Shown: piece by piece, positions 46,245 through 55,299 of the stretch
Position numbering within the stretch: the stretch's first letter is position 1
How the letters are laid out: each line of letters opens with the position of its first letter
Source of the DNA: Marine Group II euryarchaeote MED-G34
Lineage (GTDB): Archaea > Thermoplasmatota > Poseidoniia > Poseidoniales > Thalassarchaeaceae
Assembly: GCA_002457605.1 (NCBI GenBank)
Contig: NTJT01000001.1
Coordinates: forward strand, 15,269 to 79,268
Direction: 5' to 3'
DNA length: 64,000 bases
The notes under the pieces: generated by a model
Told to the model about the DNA's origin: nothing
Database searches by the model: none
The model's input: the letters and a program-made list of their open reading frames with translations, nothing else
Translations under genes and position numbers: made by a program

Positions 46245-48938
46245 ATGAAGCGCAGTTCATCTGCCATCATTCTAACCGCGATGTTGCTGCTCACAATCGT
46301 AACACCGTTAGCCGCAGCAGCGGTATCAGTGTCCCTTTCTGCCAATCCTACGGCTCAGGAGGCTACCACAGATGACGACGCTGAGTACGACATCATCGTG
46401 ACCAATGACGGGGATGAGGACATCTCAGTGTCTCTCAGCACGCAGCAGGGAAATGACTGCAATGGATTCAGCTCCTCCTTGGACACGTTCCAAGTCTCGG
46501 TTAACGAAGGTGAGTCTGAGACCGTCAAACTAACCGTCACCGTGAATGACCAGGCCGATGGCGACTGTGAGACGACGGTGAACGCCCAAGCTACTGGTGG
46601 ACTAGGATCTCCTGCCAGCGACGATGTCACAGTGACGACAACCGCAGGTGATGGTGGCGGACTCTACTCGGTGAAGCTGACTACAGATGAGCAGTTGAAG
46701 ACCTACGACGGCGACTCGACCGAGTCCGACAGCGTCGTTTGGGATGTCGAGGTTGAGAACAACGGCGAGCAACAGGCAAACGTTCAACTGGAAATGACTT
46801 CAGACAGTGACTGCGAGTCTGATACTCTCGATGCCACCGTAGACCCTCAGGTTCTGCAATTGGACCCAGAGGACAAAGAGACTGTCGAAGTGACTGTGGA
46901 CGTGCCTGACGGCAGTTCAACCGAAGCGGGAGATCACTGCTTCATCCTCAAAGCCACTGTGACCAACGATCCCAATGCGGCCGACCAAGCCGAGGACAAC
47001 ATCACCCTGACTCTCAAGATACCGGAGCGCAAGGATTGTGATCCCGATCTGCAGTTCACCTCGCACAACCTCGATCCGGGAGATTCGGCCACCAACTCGT
47101 TCGAGGTCGAGAACATTGGGAACACGGAGTGGACCGTGACTGCCAACGCACAGGCTCAGGACTCCGACCACGATATTGCAGGATGGGTGGACTTCGACAG
47201 TCCCCTGAGCAAACTTCTCTCTGAGCCAGGCGGTTCGCAGGATAGCCATACTTTCACCTTCAGTGTGACTCCTGATGATTCCATCGAATCTGGGACACAA
47301 GTGGGGATCAAGATTCAGGGGCGTGCTGGGACTTCAATCGGATGTGAGCAGATTCTAACTGTCACCGTCGGCCAGAGCCACGGTGCTTCCATGACCCTGA
47401 GCAAGAACAAACTCAGCAATGTCGAGCCGGGCAGTTCTGACACAGTCACAGTCCAGATTACCAATCAAGGGAATGGCATGGAGACCATGTCCATCGGCGC
47501 CACAGGACTGCCTCCGGGATGGCAGATTTCATTCTCTCAGACTTCAGTGACCATCGGTAGTTCACACTCCGGCAATAACAAAGAGACAGTGACTGCAGAG
47601 ATATTCGTTCCCGAGGACGCTAGCGCTGCCGAGGACACGGTCATTACCTTCACAGTCGGACGTGGCGGAGGTAGCACTCCTTACGACACCAAGGACCTCA
47701 CAGTGTCAGTGGCTGCGCGTCATAGCGTCACCACTTCGATACTCTCAACCCAGCAGACAGGCCGAACGGAACAGACAATCCAGTTTCCCATAGATGTGAC
47801 CAACTCGGGAAACATTCAGGACACTTTCAAGCTGCAGGCCTGCGACCCAGGAGATAACACAGGATGCAACTCTCCGATGTGGGAGTCGTCATTCTCCGAT
47901 TCGCAGGGAAACACAATCTCACAAATTATTCTCGACCCCAGTCAGAAGCAGACCATCTATCTCGACATCTTAGTCGAGGGTGAGGAGGACGCTGATTCGG
48001 TCAGCGTGCTTGCACGGATAGCTATCTATGGGACCTCAGTGGCGGACGAGCACACTGTCAGTGTGGTGGTCTCGAACTTCAACTACGCAATGGCTATCTC
48101 CCCTCAGAATCCCGGTGAGGTACCTGACCAGATTGAAGCAACCCTTCCTCCGGGTGGTTCCATGACCGCCGCATTCTGGGTCGAGAACACAGGGGACTAT
48201 CCTGGAGGGGACAAAGCCGTGATTACCGTCATCGGTATGGAGTCGTCAGTGCTCAGGACGATGACGATTGAAGGCGTCGAGATTGATGGGACAGTGACGC
48301 TGGGGATGGGAGAGAGAGTACTTGTCGAGGTCCATATCGACGTTCTCGAAGGAGTTGCAAACGGAGTCTCTGGCGTAGTCAAGGTTAGTGCTTCTTCGGA
48401 GAGGAACACAGCTCAGAGCACTTCGGTTGATATTGTGGTTGAGGTGAGGACCATCCACGATCTCAGATTCACACTCGAAGGCGAGGACGAGCAGACCTCC
48501 GAATATCCAGACAAGGCCTATTTCGTCCTCTACATCACTAACCATGGCAACATTGTCGAAGATGTCCAAGTTCTATCCAGTGAATCTCTTAGGGGTTGGA
48601 CCGTCAATGTCGATTTCGACGAGTTTGAACTTGAACCTGGACTGACAAAAGAGGTTCAGGTTAGTGTCACACCACCTAGCGATTTACTCGACGATGATAC
48701 CTACATGTTCACTGTCACTGTGCAACCCGAGGGGATTGCAGTCGCTGGTGAACCCATCGATTTGACGGTGACCTCACAGATGCCATCGACCTTCATCGGC
48801 CTGTCTGAGGAAATGGCTCAGGCGCTCGTCTACGGGTCTATTGTTCTGGGCGCAATTTTGGTCATCGTACTGTTCTTTCGCTCTCGTTCGGAGAACCGCC
48901 GAATAGTCGAAGCACTCGAAAATCAGTTTGAGGACTAG
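46245..48938 (+). CDS. Surface (S-layer-like) protein with a signal peptide, at least 7 tandem CARDB/COG1361-like beta-sandwich repeats and a C-terminal TM anchor with a short basic tail
   Basis: ATG at 46245 (MKRSSSAIILTAMLLLTIVTPLAAAA). Repeats IIVTNDGDEDISVSL, VEVENNGEQQANVQL, FEVENIGNTEWTVTA, VQITNQGNGMETMSI, IDVTNSGNIQDTFKL, FWVENTGDYPGGDKAV, LYITNHGNIVEDVQV. C-terminus ALVYGSIVLGAILVIVLFFRSRSENRR. Confidence 0.65.
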   Translation: MKRSSSAIILTAMLLLTIVTPLAAAAVSVSLSANPTAQEATTDDDAEYDIIVTNDGDEDISVSLSTQQGNDCNGFSSSLDTFQVSVNEGESETVKLTVTVNDQADGDCETTVNAQATGGLGSPASDDVTVTTTAGDGGGLYSVKLTTDEQLKTYDGDSTESDSVVWDVEVENNGEQQANVQLEMTSDSDCESDTLDATVDPQVLQLDPEDKETVEVTVDVPDGSSTEAGDHCFILKATVTNDPNAADQAEDNITLTLKIPERKDCDPDLQFTSHNLDPGDSATNSFEVENIGNTEWTVTANAQAQDSDHDIAGWVDFDSPLSKLLSEPGGSQDSHTFTFSVTPDDSIESGTQVGIKIQGRAGTSIGCEQILTVTVGQSHGASMTLSKNKLSNVEPGSSDTVTVQITNQGNGMETMSIGATGLPPGWQISFSQTSVTIGSSHSGNNKETVTAEIFVPEDASAAEDTVITFTVGRGGGSTPYDTKDLTVSVAARHSVTTSILSTQQTGRTEQTIQFPIDVTNSGNIQDTFKLQACDPGDNTGCNSPMWESSFSDSQGNTISQIILDPSQKQTIYLDILVEGEEDADSVSVLARIAIYGTSVADEHTVSVVVSNFNYAMAISPQNPGEVPDQIEATLPPGGSMTAAFWVENTGDYPGGDKAVITVIGMESSVLRTMTIEGVEIDGTVTLGMGERVLVEVHIDVLEGVANGVSGVVKVSASSERNTAQSTSVDIVVEVRTIHDLRFTLEGEDEQTSEYPDKAYFVLYITNHGNIVEDVQVLSSESLRGWTVNVDFDEFELEPGLTKEVQVSVTPPSDLLDDDTYMFTVTVQPEGIAVAGEPIDLTVTSQMPSTFIGLSEEMAQALVYGSIVLGAILVIVLFFRSRSENRRIVEALENQFED

Positions 48939-48994
48939 TTACGACTCCAAAGTCGAGTCCGGATAGGCTTATTGCCGAAATTCAGGTGCAATGA

Positions 48995-49022
48995 CCCGTC
49001 GGTCCCTAAGGGGACCGTCGGG
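48995..49022 (+). promoter_or_regulatory. Strong hairpin CCCGTCGGTCCC-TAAG-GGGACCGTCGGG (11/12 bp) between the surface-protein gene and nuoA. It is a candidate terminator or 5'-UTR structure for the nuo operon.
   Basis: Read directly from the sequence. It lies inside the ORF-track N-terminal extension of nuoA, which argues that nuoA starts at ATG 49030. Confidence 0.4.
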
Positions 49023-49029
49023 TGTTACC

Positions 49030-49476
49030 ATGACTTCAGTTCCCGAAGCCTATCTCGCTGTTGCTGTTATGGCGCTTGTAGGGATTGGATTCCCTGTGGG
49101 GAGTTTCATTGCAGCAGCAGTTCTGAGACCGAGAAAATCGCCCAATGATCCAACCAAGATGCGCTCTTGGCTCCTTCCAGGTTATGAAACAGACCAGAGC
49201 TTGTATCTCCGCAGGGACAGCACCTATGAGTGCGGCGCTGAGCCTTTGGGAGACGCCCACATCAACTTCCACTTCCAGTACTATTGGTATGCTATCATCT
49301 TCCTCGTATTCGACATCGCCTTCATGTTCCTAGCATTTGGCGGTGTCATCGCCATACAGGACGGCATGCTGAACGAAGATATCCTCGGTGCTCTAGCCAC
49401 CCTAACCGCGTTCATCGTGCTAATGGGACTGGGAGTCTGGCACGTCTTCCGCAAGCGAGGAAGAATATACATCTAA
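49030..49476 (+). CDS. nuoA: NADH-quinone oxidoreductase subunit A
   Basis: NuoA/ND3 signature (YECGAEPLGDAHINFHFQYYWYAIIFLVFDIAFMFL) with three TM helices. Confidence 0.8.
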   Translation: MTSVPEAYLAVAVMALVGIGFPVGSFIAAAVLRPRKSPNDPTKMRSWLLPGYETDQSLYLRRDSTYECGAEPLGDAHINFHFQYYWYAIIFLVFDIAFMFLAFGGVIAIQDGMLNEDILGALATLTAFIVLMGLGVWHVFRKRGRIYI

Positions 49477-49485
49477 GGTGAGTGA

Positions 49486-50082
49486 ATGTCAGACGAGGGC
49501 CAAAACTACTCACTCTTCAACAGCAGGATGCTGGTTGATGTAGTAGGCGACGTGACCGATGAGGCTCTGAAGGCTAGTCGGATGAAGGACATCATCGGAG
49601 TTCTAGCTGGCAGGATGTTCAACTGGGGTCAACGCAAGTCCTTGTTCCCTCTCCACTTGGGTATCAAGTGCTGTGCTTTGGAGATGGCTGCGGCGGGAGC
49701 TAGTCGATTTGATGCTGAACGCTTCGGGGTCTTCTTCAGATCCAGTCCCCGGCAGTGCGACGTCCTGCTTGTCAACGGTCCGATTAGCAAGAAGTTCGCC
49801 GACCCCATTGTCAGGCTGTGGGAGCAAATGCCAGAGCCGAAGTGGTGCATAGCCATGGGAGAGTGCGCCATCTCCGGTGGCCCCTACTTCCAGTCATACA
49901 ACATCCTCGAAGGCGTCGATACCGTGATTCCTGTAGACGTCTACATACCCGGATGCCCCCCAAGGCCCGAGGCCCTGATAGATGGTTTTGACAAGCTGCG
50001 ACAGAAGATTATCCGAATTGGTGCAGCCCCCGGCGACTCTATTCCGCCTTCTACATCTCCGTTAATCTTGGGAGACGAGTAG
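49486..50082 (+). CDS. nuoB: NADH-quinone oxidoreductase subunit B (N2 cluster-binding, 20 kDa)
   Basis: CCALEM, GECAISGGPY and IPGCPPRPEAL motifs. Confidence 0.9.
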   Translation: MSDEGQNYSLFNSRMLVDVVGDVTDEALKASRMKDIIGVLAGRMFNWGQRKSLFPLHLGIKCCALEMAAAGASRFDAERFGVFFRSSPRQCDVLLVNGPISKKFADPIVRLWEQMPEPKWCIAMGECAISGGPYFQSYNILEGVDTVIPVDVYIPGCPPRPEALIDGFDKLRQKIIRIGAAPGDSIPPSTSPLILGDE

Positions 50083-50093
50083 GAGGTTCTAGC

Positions 50094-50753
50094 ATGGGTA
50101 ATATTGTCTCATCGGATTTCCAGAAGGCAGCGGCCGAGGCACTGGCTGTTGCAACGTCTGTAATTGAAGGAGTGGATGCCGAGGTAGCAGAGCGCTCTAG
50201 TGGCACTAACCCTCGACACGTAGTAGTCATCAACGCTTTACCAGGGAGTTGGAGAACCCTCGCCGAGAATCTCTACTCCGAGCACGCCGTCGATTACTGC
50301 TCCATGGTCACCGGAATCCACTGGCCCGATGGAGATGAGGAGAAGAAGTGGGAGGTGGTCTACCATCTAATGAGGACTGGAGTCAGGGACCCTCCCATTG
50401 AGAACGGCATTGTTCGGCCGATTATTGTGAATCCTTCGAGGCTCAGGGGAGCCAGTATCCCTCTCGAGATTGAGATTCATGTCCATATCCCAGACACAAT
50501 GACTCCTTCGGTGGATTCCGTTCAAGACATTTGGATAGGGGCGGACTGGAACGAGAAGGAGACATGGGACCTCGTTGGCATCGACTTCGATGGCCATCAG
50601 GGGATGAGAAGGGTGCTACAGCCACATGAGACCCCAAAGGGGTACCATCCTCTACAGAAGCAGCACCATCTACGTTATCACGGCTTCGAAGAAATGTACG
50701 ACGACGCCCAGGGATTCATGCGCAAGCCGGCGGACGTTGGCAAAATCAAGTGA
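50094..50753 (+). CDS. nuoC: NADH-quinone oxidoreductase subunit C (30 kDa)
   Basis: NuoC motif E.WDL.GI.F.GH (KETWDLVGIDFDGHQGMRRVL) and its position between nuoB and nuoD. Confidence 0.8.
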   Translation: MGNIVSSDFQKAAAEALAVATSVIEGVDAEVAERSSGTNPRHVVVINALPGSWRTLAENLYSEHAVDYCSMVTGIHWPDGDEEKKWEVVYHLMRTGVRDPPIENGIVRPIIVNPSRLRGASIPLEIEIHVHIPDTMTPSVDSVQDIWIGADWNEKETWDLVGIDFDGHQGMRRVLQPHETPKGYHPLQKQHHLRYHGFEEMYDDAQGFMRKPADVGKIK

Positions 50754-50762
50754 GGTGAGAAA

Positions 50763-51899
50763 ATGGCGGAGATGTGGATTTCAATGGGCCCGCAGCATCC
50801 CATGACGCACGGCCTCTGGACCCTCAAGGTAAAGGTCGATGGCGAGACCGTTGTCGACACAGAACCTGATCTTGGCTATATCCACAGAGGTGTGGAGAAA
50901 ATCTGCGAGGCGCGCGACTTTACTCAGATTACAACTTACTGTGACCGACTCTGCTACGCTAGTGCCAACACGTGGTCTCACTCCTACATCTACGCCGCCG
51001 AAGATCTCCTTGAGGTCGAGGTACCTGAGCGAGCCGAGTACATTCGCTTGGTGGCAGTAGAGCTGCAGCGTATTGCCAGCCACCTGATGTGGCTGGGAGC
51101 TTACGGGCCCGATATCGGAAACCTCTCTGTGATGGTCTGGTGCCTGCGTGAGCGCGAGATGATGATGGATCTCCTACAGGAGTTGGGTGGCTCCCGGATG
51201 CACTACAACTTCCCTCGTGTTGGTGGTGTCAAGCGTGACCTACCTCATGGCTTCGCACAGCGTGCCCGAGCCAAGCTCAAGTTGTTCCTCAACAGGATTC
51301 AGGAGTATGAGGCACTGTTCGACGAGAGCACAGTGTTTCTGCTGCGCAGTCAGGGAGTTGGCTACGCCAAGCCAGAGGAGATGATCAATCATGGAGTCTC
51401 AGGCCCTAATCTTCGCGCTGGTGGGGTGAACTACGACATCCGCTGGGCTCATCCCTATTCTGTGTACAGTGAACTCGACTGGGCGCCACCGGTCGAACGC
51501 TCATCGATTAAGGGAGCTGACTGCTACGACCGCTACAGAGTCAGAGTCGAAGAGATGCGCGTTAGTGCATCACTCGTTTTGCAGGCACTAGACAAGATGC
51601 CCGGCGGTGCTGACACCTATCACGAGCCCGAAGATCCAATGATCCTCGCTAAGGCGCCTACTCGAGCCCCAGAGGGGACCTCAGGTGCACATCACTTTGA
51701 GGACAGCAGGGGCGAGTCGATGTTCTACATCGCAGGTGGTGGCGAGGGCCGTGGTAAGCAGCCATACAGAGTATCGATACGGTCTCCTATGTTCATCACG
51801 ATTCCATATGCAGCCAAGTGCATGATTGGCTACAAGGTCGCCGACATACCGGCCATAATGGGCTCCTTCGACCCATGCATAGGGGAGACTGACAGGTGA
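50763..51899 (+). CDS. nuoD: NADH-quinone oxidoreductase subunit D (49 kDa)
   Basis: The N-terminal GPQHPMTHG motif, the LGYIHRGVEKICE block and the conserved C-terminus. Confidence 0.9.
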   Translation: MAEMWISMGPQHPMTHGLWTLKVKVDGETVVDTEPDLGYIHRGVEKICEARDFTQITTYCDRLCYASANTWSHSYIYAAEDLLEVEVPERAEYIRLVAVELQRIASHLMWLGAYGPDIGNLSVMVWCLREREMMMDLLQELGGSRMHYNFPRVGGVKRDLPHGFAQRARAKLKLFLNRIQEYEALFDESTVFLLRSQGVGYAKPEEMINHGVSGPNLRAGGVNYDIRWAHPYSVYSELDWAPPVERSSIKGADCYDRYRVRVEEMRVSASLVLQALDKMPGGADTYHEPEDPMILAKAPTRAPEGTSGAHHFEDSRGESMFYIAGGGEGRGKQPYRVSIRSPMFITIPYAAKCMIGYKVADIPAIMGSFDPCIGETDR

Positions 51900-51903
51900 T
51901 CTG

Positions 51904-53481
51904 ATGGCGAGTAGTGACTGGTTGGATGTGGTGGGATGGTCCGAGTCCTTCTCCGGTTGGTCGATGGATAATGTGCACAATATCATGCCCTCCAACGATA
52001 TCGATATGCAGGTGACGATCCCAAGTACATGGGCATGGCAGGAACCAATCACCCTAGGCCCAATTTTCAACATGCAGAGTGGATTCGCTAACATTCAACC
52101 CGCTCTTGAGTCATTCATGCATGCCACCATCATGTGCACAGTAGTCTTCACCACAATGATGCTCACCATGCTAGCCATCCCCTATATCGAGAGGAAATTT
52201 ATCGGACGACTGATGGACAGGCTCGGTGCCACCACCACTCTCAGGAGCCTGTGGGTAGGTGAGAGCGGTGTCACCGCTGGTGAGTGGTGGAAGCAGTTAC
52301 CGTTCGGAATGGGTGTCCCCATCGGCTGGGCTGTGAAAGCCCTCAATTCTACATGGGGAAACTCGCACGAACTTGAGACAGTTGCGCGAGTCAACAACCG
52401 CAGTTACCATGGATACTGGTTTTTGCTTCCCGGCTTTTTCCAGGCCTTCGCTGATTTCATGAAGTTCGCTACCAAGGAACACATTGTACCGAAGAACGCT
52501 GACAAGGTAGTATTCGAGGTCGCCCCGGTAATCATCCTAGCGACCACAGTAATGGTATTCGCATTCGTCCCGTTTGGCCCACACATTTACGCCGCCAATC
52601 CGGAACTCTCACTACTCTTCATGATGGCGATATTTGGAATAGCTCCTCTAGGTGTATTCTTTGCCGGCTGGGCGTCAAACAACAAGTACACGCTGATTGG
52701 GGGTATGCGTTCGGCAGCCCAACTCACCGCTTACGAAATACCCCTCTTGATTACGGTTCTCGGAGTCGCAGTGCTGAGCGGCTCGTTCAACATCATTGAG
52801 ATTGTCGATTTCCAGATGGGGCAGGACCAAGGTAACGTCTGGAACATCTTCCTGATGCCACTCGGTGCCCTGCTCTTCTTGGTCACGATGATTGCGGAGG
52901 TCGAACGCATCCCATTCGACATGCCCGAGGCTGAGGCCGAGCTTGTAGAGGGCTGGTGGACGGAGTACGGAGGCATACGCTGGGGACTGATGTTCGCAGC
53001 CGAGTACATGCGCTCGTACGCGGCATGTATCTTGTTCGCACTATTCTTCCTCGGAGGATGGGAAGCACCGTTCCAGCACACGCTATCTGGTCTTCCAGTT
53101 GTTGGGGGCATCCTCACAACAGTCTTCTCACTGATACCGGGTATGATTTGGGTTCTTCTCAAAGCGTGGCTGCTATTCGCTGTCTTCGTATGGATTCGCG
53201 CTTCCCTCCACAGAGTGAGGACTGATCAAATTCTAGAGTTTGGATGGCGTTATCTGCTACCTCTCTCTATGCTTCATCTCGTCATCGCTGTCGTTCTACG
53301 TCTGCAGTTCTGGACCGGCGAGCCATGGGAGCTTTGGGTCCCAGCGGCAGTCACACTGATCTCAGGTGGGGTGTTCGTTATCCTCGCAATCGATGAAGAC
53401 AAGGAGGCACTTGAGATTCAGCGGAGGCCGTACAGCACGCAAGCAGTGGTCAAGGCATCACCGGGGAGTCACAGGGAGTAG
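51904..53481 (+). CDS. nuoH: NADH-quinone oxidoreductase subunit H, with an N-terminal extension and an internal loop insertion (525 aa versus about 330 typical)
   Basis: NuoH/ND1 blocks (IPYIERKFIGRLMDRLG ... GFFQAFADFMKF ... LIGGMRSAAQLTAYEIPLLI ... FAAEYM). Confidence 0.85.
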   Translation: MASSDWLDVVGWSESFSGWSMDNVHNIMPSNDIDMQVTIPSTWAWQEPITLGPIFNMQSGFANIQPALESFMHATIMCTVVFTTMMLTMLAIPYIERKFIGRLMDRLGATTTLRSLWVGESGVTAGEWWKQLPFGMGVPIGWAVKALNSTWGNSHELETVARVNNRSYHGYWFLLPGFFQAFADFMKFATKEHIVPKNADKVVFEVAPVIILATTVMVFAFVPFGPHIYAANPELSLLFMMAIFGIAPLGVFFAGWASNNKYTLIGGMRSAAQLTAYEIPLLITVLGVAVLSGSFNIIEIVDFQMGQDQGNVWNIFLMPLGALLFLVTMIAEVERIPFDMPEAEAELVEGWWTEYGGIRWGLMFAAEYMRSYAACILFALFFLGGWEAPFQHTLSGLPVVGGILTTVFSLIPGMIWVLLKAWLLFAVFVWIRASLHRVRTDQILEFGWRYLLPLSMLHLVIAVVLRLQFWTGEPWELWVPAAVTLISGGVFVILAIDEDKEALEIQRRPYSTQAVVKASPGSHRE

Positions 53482-53492
53482 GAGGTGAGGAG

Positions 53493-54461
53493 ATGAGTTA
53501 CAAAGCTAATACAGGACACCCTCACGCCACCCCCAACTTCCGTAATCTAGTCATCAGGCCGATGTGGATGACTCTCAAAACCGCACTGAGGACCGTTCCT
53601 TTCGTTGGCAAGTTGAGCATTCTGAAGAATAACTACCACGGGAAGCCTACGACCATGGTTGACGCTACTACTATGCTCAGAGTCGGCTCGAATCACCCGA
53701 GCGTCGGGCAGAGCTTCGCCCCCGATCGTGAGACCAGCCAGGTCATGCCGTTTGTCGAGCGACCAGTTACTGTGATGTACCCCTACGAGCGTTTGGAGGA
53801 CCTAGAGCCGTGGCTGTTCGTCCCAGGCAACTACAACGGCCGCATAGGAATCATCTGGGAGACCTGCACCGCTTGCAAAGCATGTGTCAGGGTGTGTCCC
53901 AATGACTGCCTGCACATGACTTCCGAGGTCAGGGTCAACGTCCTTGAGCTGGCCGAAGAGGGAGATGAACACCACGGTTACGGCGAAGAGCTAGAGGAAG
54001 GAGGATATGCCGCAAGAGAGAAGGGGGACTACGATGGAATCGCCTCAGGCTTCGACCTCGTAAATGCCCATGCTGACGCCCCTCAACAGTACGATTTCGC
54101 CGAAGTCATTGAACTGACAGGCGACAAGGCGACTGTACGATGGTCTGACGGCTCAGGTATCGAGACCATCGATTCCAGCACTCTCAAGCCTGCCGAGCAG
54201 GACATCGTCTCAGGACAGATTGACATCGGCAGGTGTATGTTCTGCGGGTTGTGCGCCGAAGCATGCCCGTTCGAGTCCTTCTTCATGACCAATGAGTACG
54301 ATGGCATGGCAGAGTTCTCTCGAGAGGAACTCTGGATGGATGCCAGTAGGACTCGAGTTCTTCCTGCTGTCCATCAGGAAAGGGTAGACATGGAACTCGC
54401 CAAGCGCGCCAAGAAGGAGCAGAAGAAACGTGACAGAAAGGCTGCAAGGGCGGAGGCCTGA
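53493..54461 (+). CDS. nuoI: NADH-quinone oxidoreductase subunit I (2x[4Fe-4S]). It has about a 65-aa N-terminal extension and a large acidic insertion between the two cluster motifs (322 aa versus about 170 typical).
   Basis: CTACKACVRVCP and CMFCGLCAEACP ferredoxin motifs are about 110 residues apart. Lys-rich C-terminal tail. Preceded by GGAGGTGAGGAG. Confidence 0.85.
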   Translation: MSYKANTGHPHATPNFRNLVIRPMWMTLKTALRTVPFVGKLSILKNNYHGKPTTMVDATTMLRVGSNHPSVGQSFAPDRETSQVMPFVERPVTVMYPYERLEDLEPWLFVPGNYNGRIGIIWETCTACKACVRVCPNDCLHMTSEVRVNVLELAEEGDEHHGYGEELEEGGYAAREKGDYDGIASGFDLVNAHADAPQQYDFAEVIELTGDKATVRWSDGSGIETIDSSTLKPAEQDIVSGQIDIGRCMFCGLCAEACPFESFFMTNEYDGMAEFSREELWMDASRTRVLPAVHQERVDMELAKRAKKEQKKRDRKAARAEA

Positions 54462-54463
54462 TC

Positions 54464-54727
54464 ATGACAATCGATTTTGAGGCATTGGTGTTCATCATAT
54501 TGGCCGCGACCGCCATAGGAGGGGCCCTCGGATGTGTCTACGCTCGGCGCGTCGCGCACTCACTACTCTCTCTGATGATGACATTCTTCGCCGTTGCAGG
54601 GGTCTTCGTAATGGCTAGCGCAGAGATGCTGGCGGCCATTCAGATTCTGGTCTACCTAGGTTCGGTAATGCTCGTGGTCCAGTTCGGTGTCATGCTGACG
54701 CGTAAGCAGATACAGGAGGATGCCTGA
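54464..54727 (+). CDS. nuoJ: NADH-quinone oxidoreductase subunit J, N-terminal half (split nuoJ1)
   Basis: NuoJ/ND6-like TM helices (ALVFIILAATAIGGALGCVYARR...ILVYLGSVMLVV). Its stop is immediately followed by the ATG of the second half. Confidence 0.65.
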   Translation: MTIDFEALVFIILAATAIGGALGCVYARRVAHSLLSLMMTFFAVAGVFVMASAEMLAAIQILVYLGSVMLVVQFGVMLTRKQIQEDA

Positions 54728-54991
54728 ATGAGAGGTCTTTCCGCACTCGCTCAGTTAGGCGTCCTCGCTTTCATGCTCGTATTACTATCTGAGATTATGT
54801 CTCACTCGATGTGGGGTGGAGTGGGGAATGCCCCTTCGACTCTAGACTTCGCAGTAGCTCTGTTCGGCGAGTGGTGGTTGGCCACCGTGGTTCTTGGAGC
54901 CCTCCTATCAATGGCGATGATTGGCTCCTCATACCTTGTTCGCGATGAACGCCTTGTCAATCTGATTTGGGATATGGAGGGAGACCAGTGA
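54728..54991 (+). CDS. nuoJ: NADH-quinone oxidoreductase subunit J, C-terminal half (split nuoJ2)
   Basis: A hydrophobic 87-aa ORF starting at the nucleotide after the nuoJ1 stop. The combined length, about 174 aa, matches single-gene NuoJ. Confidence 0.6.
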   Translation: MRGLSALAQLGVLAFMLVLLSEIMSHSMWGGVGNAPSTLDFAVALFGEWWLATVVLGALLSMAMIGSSYLVRDERLVNLIWDMEGDQ

Positions 54992-55290
54992 TCGAGGCCA
55001 GTTGGATAGCTGGGCTCGGGGTTATCCTGTTCAGCATCGGCCTGATTGGGGCGTTCACTCGCAAGAACGCCATCGTAGTGCTGATGTGTATTGAGGTGAT
55101 GTTGAACGCTGCTAACCTAAACTTCGTGGCTGGAGCCAGCCATTACAGCGATATCGATGGATGGGTGTTCACCGCCATCGCCATCGCCATCGCCGCAGCC
55201 GAGGTGGCGATTGGACTGGCCATCTTGCTTTCTCTCTACAGTACCCAGGAGACAATCTCCCTGGACGAGGCGAACATCCTGAGGAACTGA
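54988..55290 (+). CDS. nuoK: NADH-quinone oxidoreductase subunit K
   Basis: ND4L family (three TM helices, LMCIEVMLNAANLNFVA). GTG at 54988 overlaps the nuoJ2 stop (GTGA). TTG at 54967 is the alternative. Confidence 0.8.
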   Translation: MIEASWIAGLGVILFSIGLIGAFTRKNAIVVLMCIEVMLNAANLNFVAGASHYSDIDGWVFTAIAIAIAAAEVAIGLAILLSLYSTQETISLDEANILRN

Positions 55291-55299
55291 GGTGAGAGA

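Noticed and set aside
54725-54730. nuoJ internal stop as evidence of a pseudogene
   Set aside because: The second half starts with ATG exactly after the TGA, and both halves have intact TM helices. Split nuoJ is known in some Euryarchaeota, so it is treated as a split gene pending read-level confirmation.
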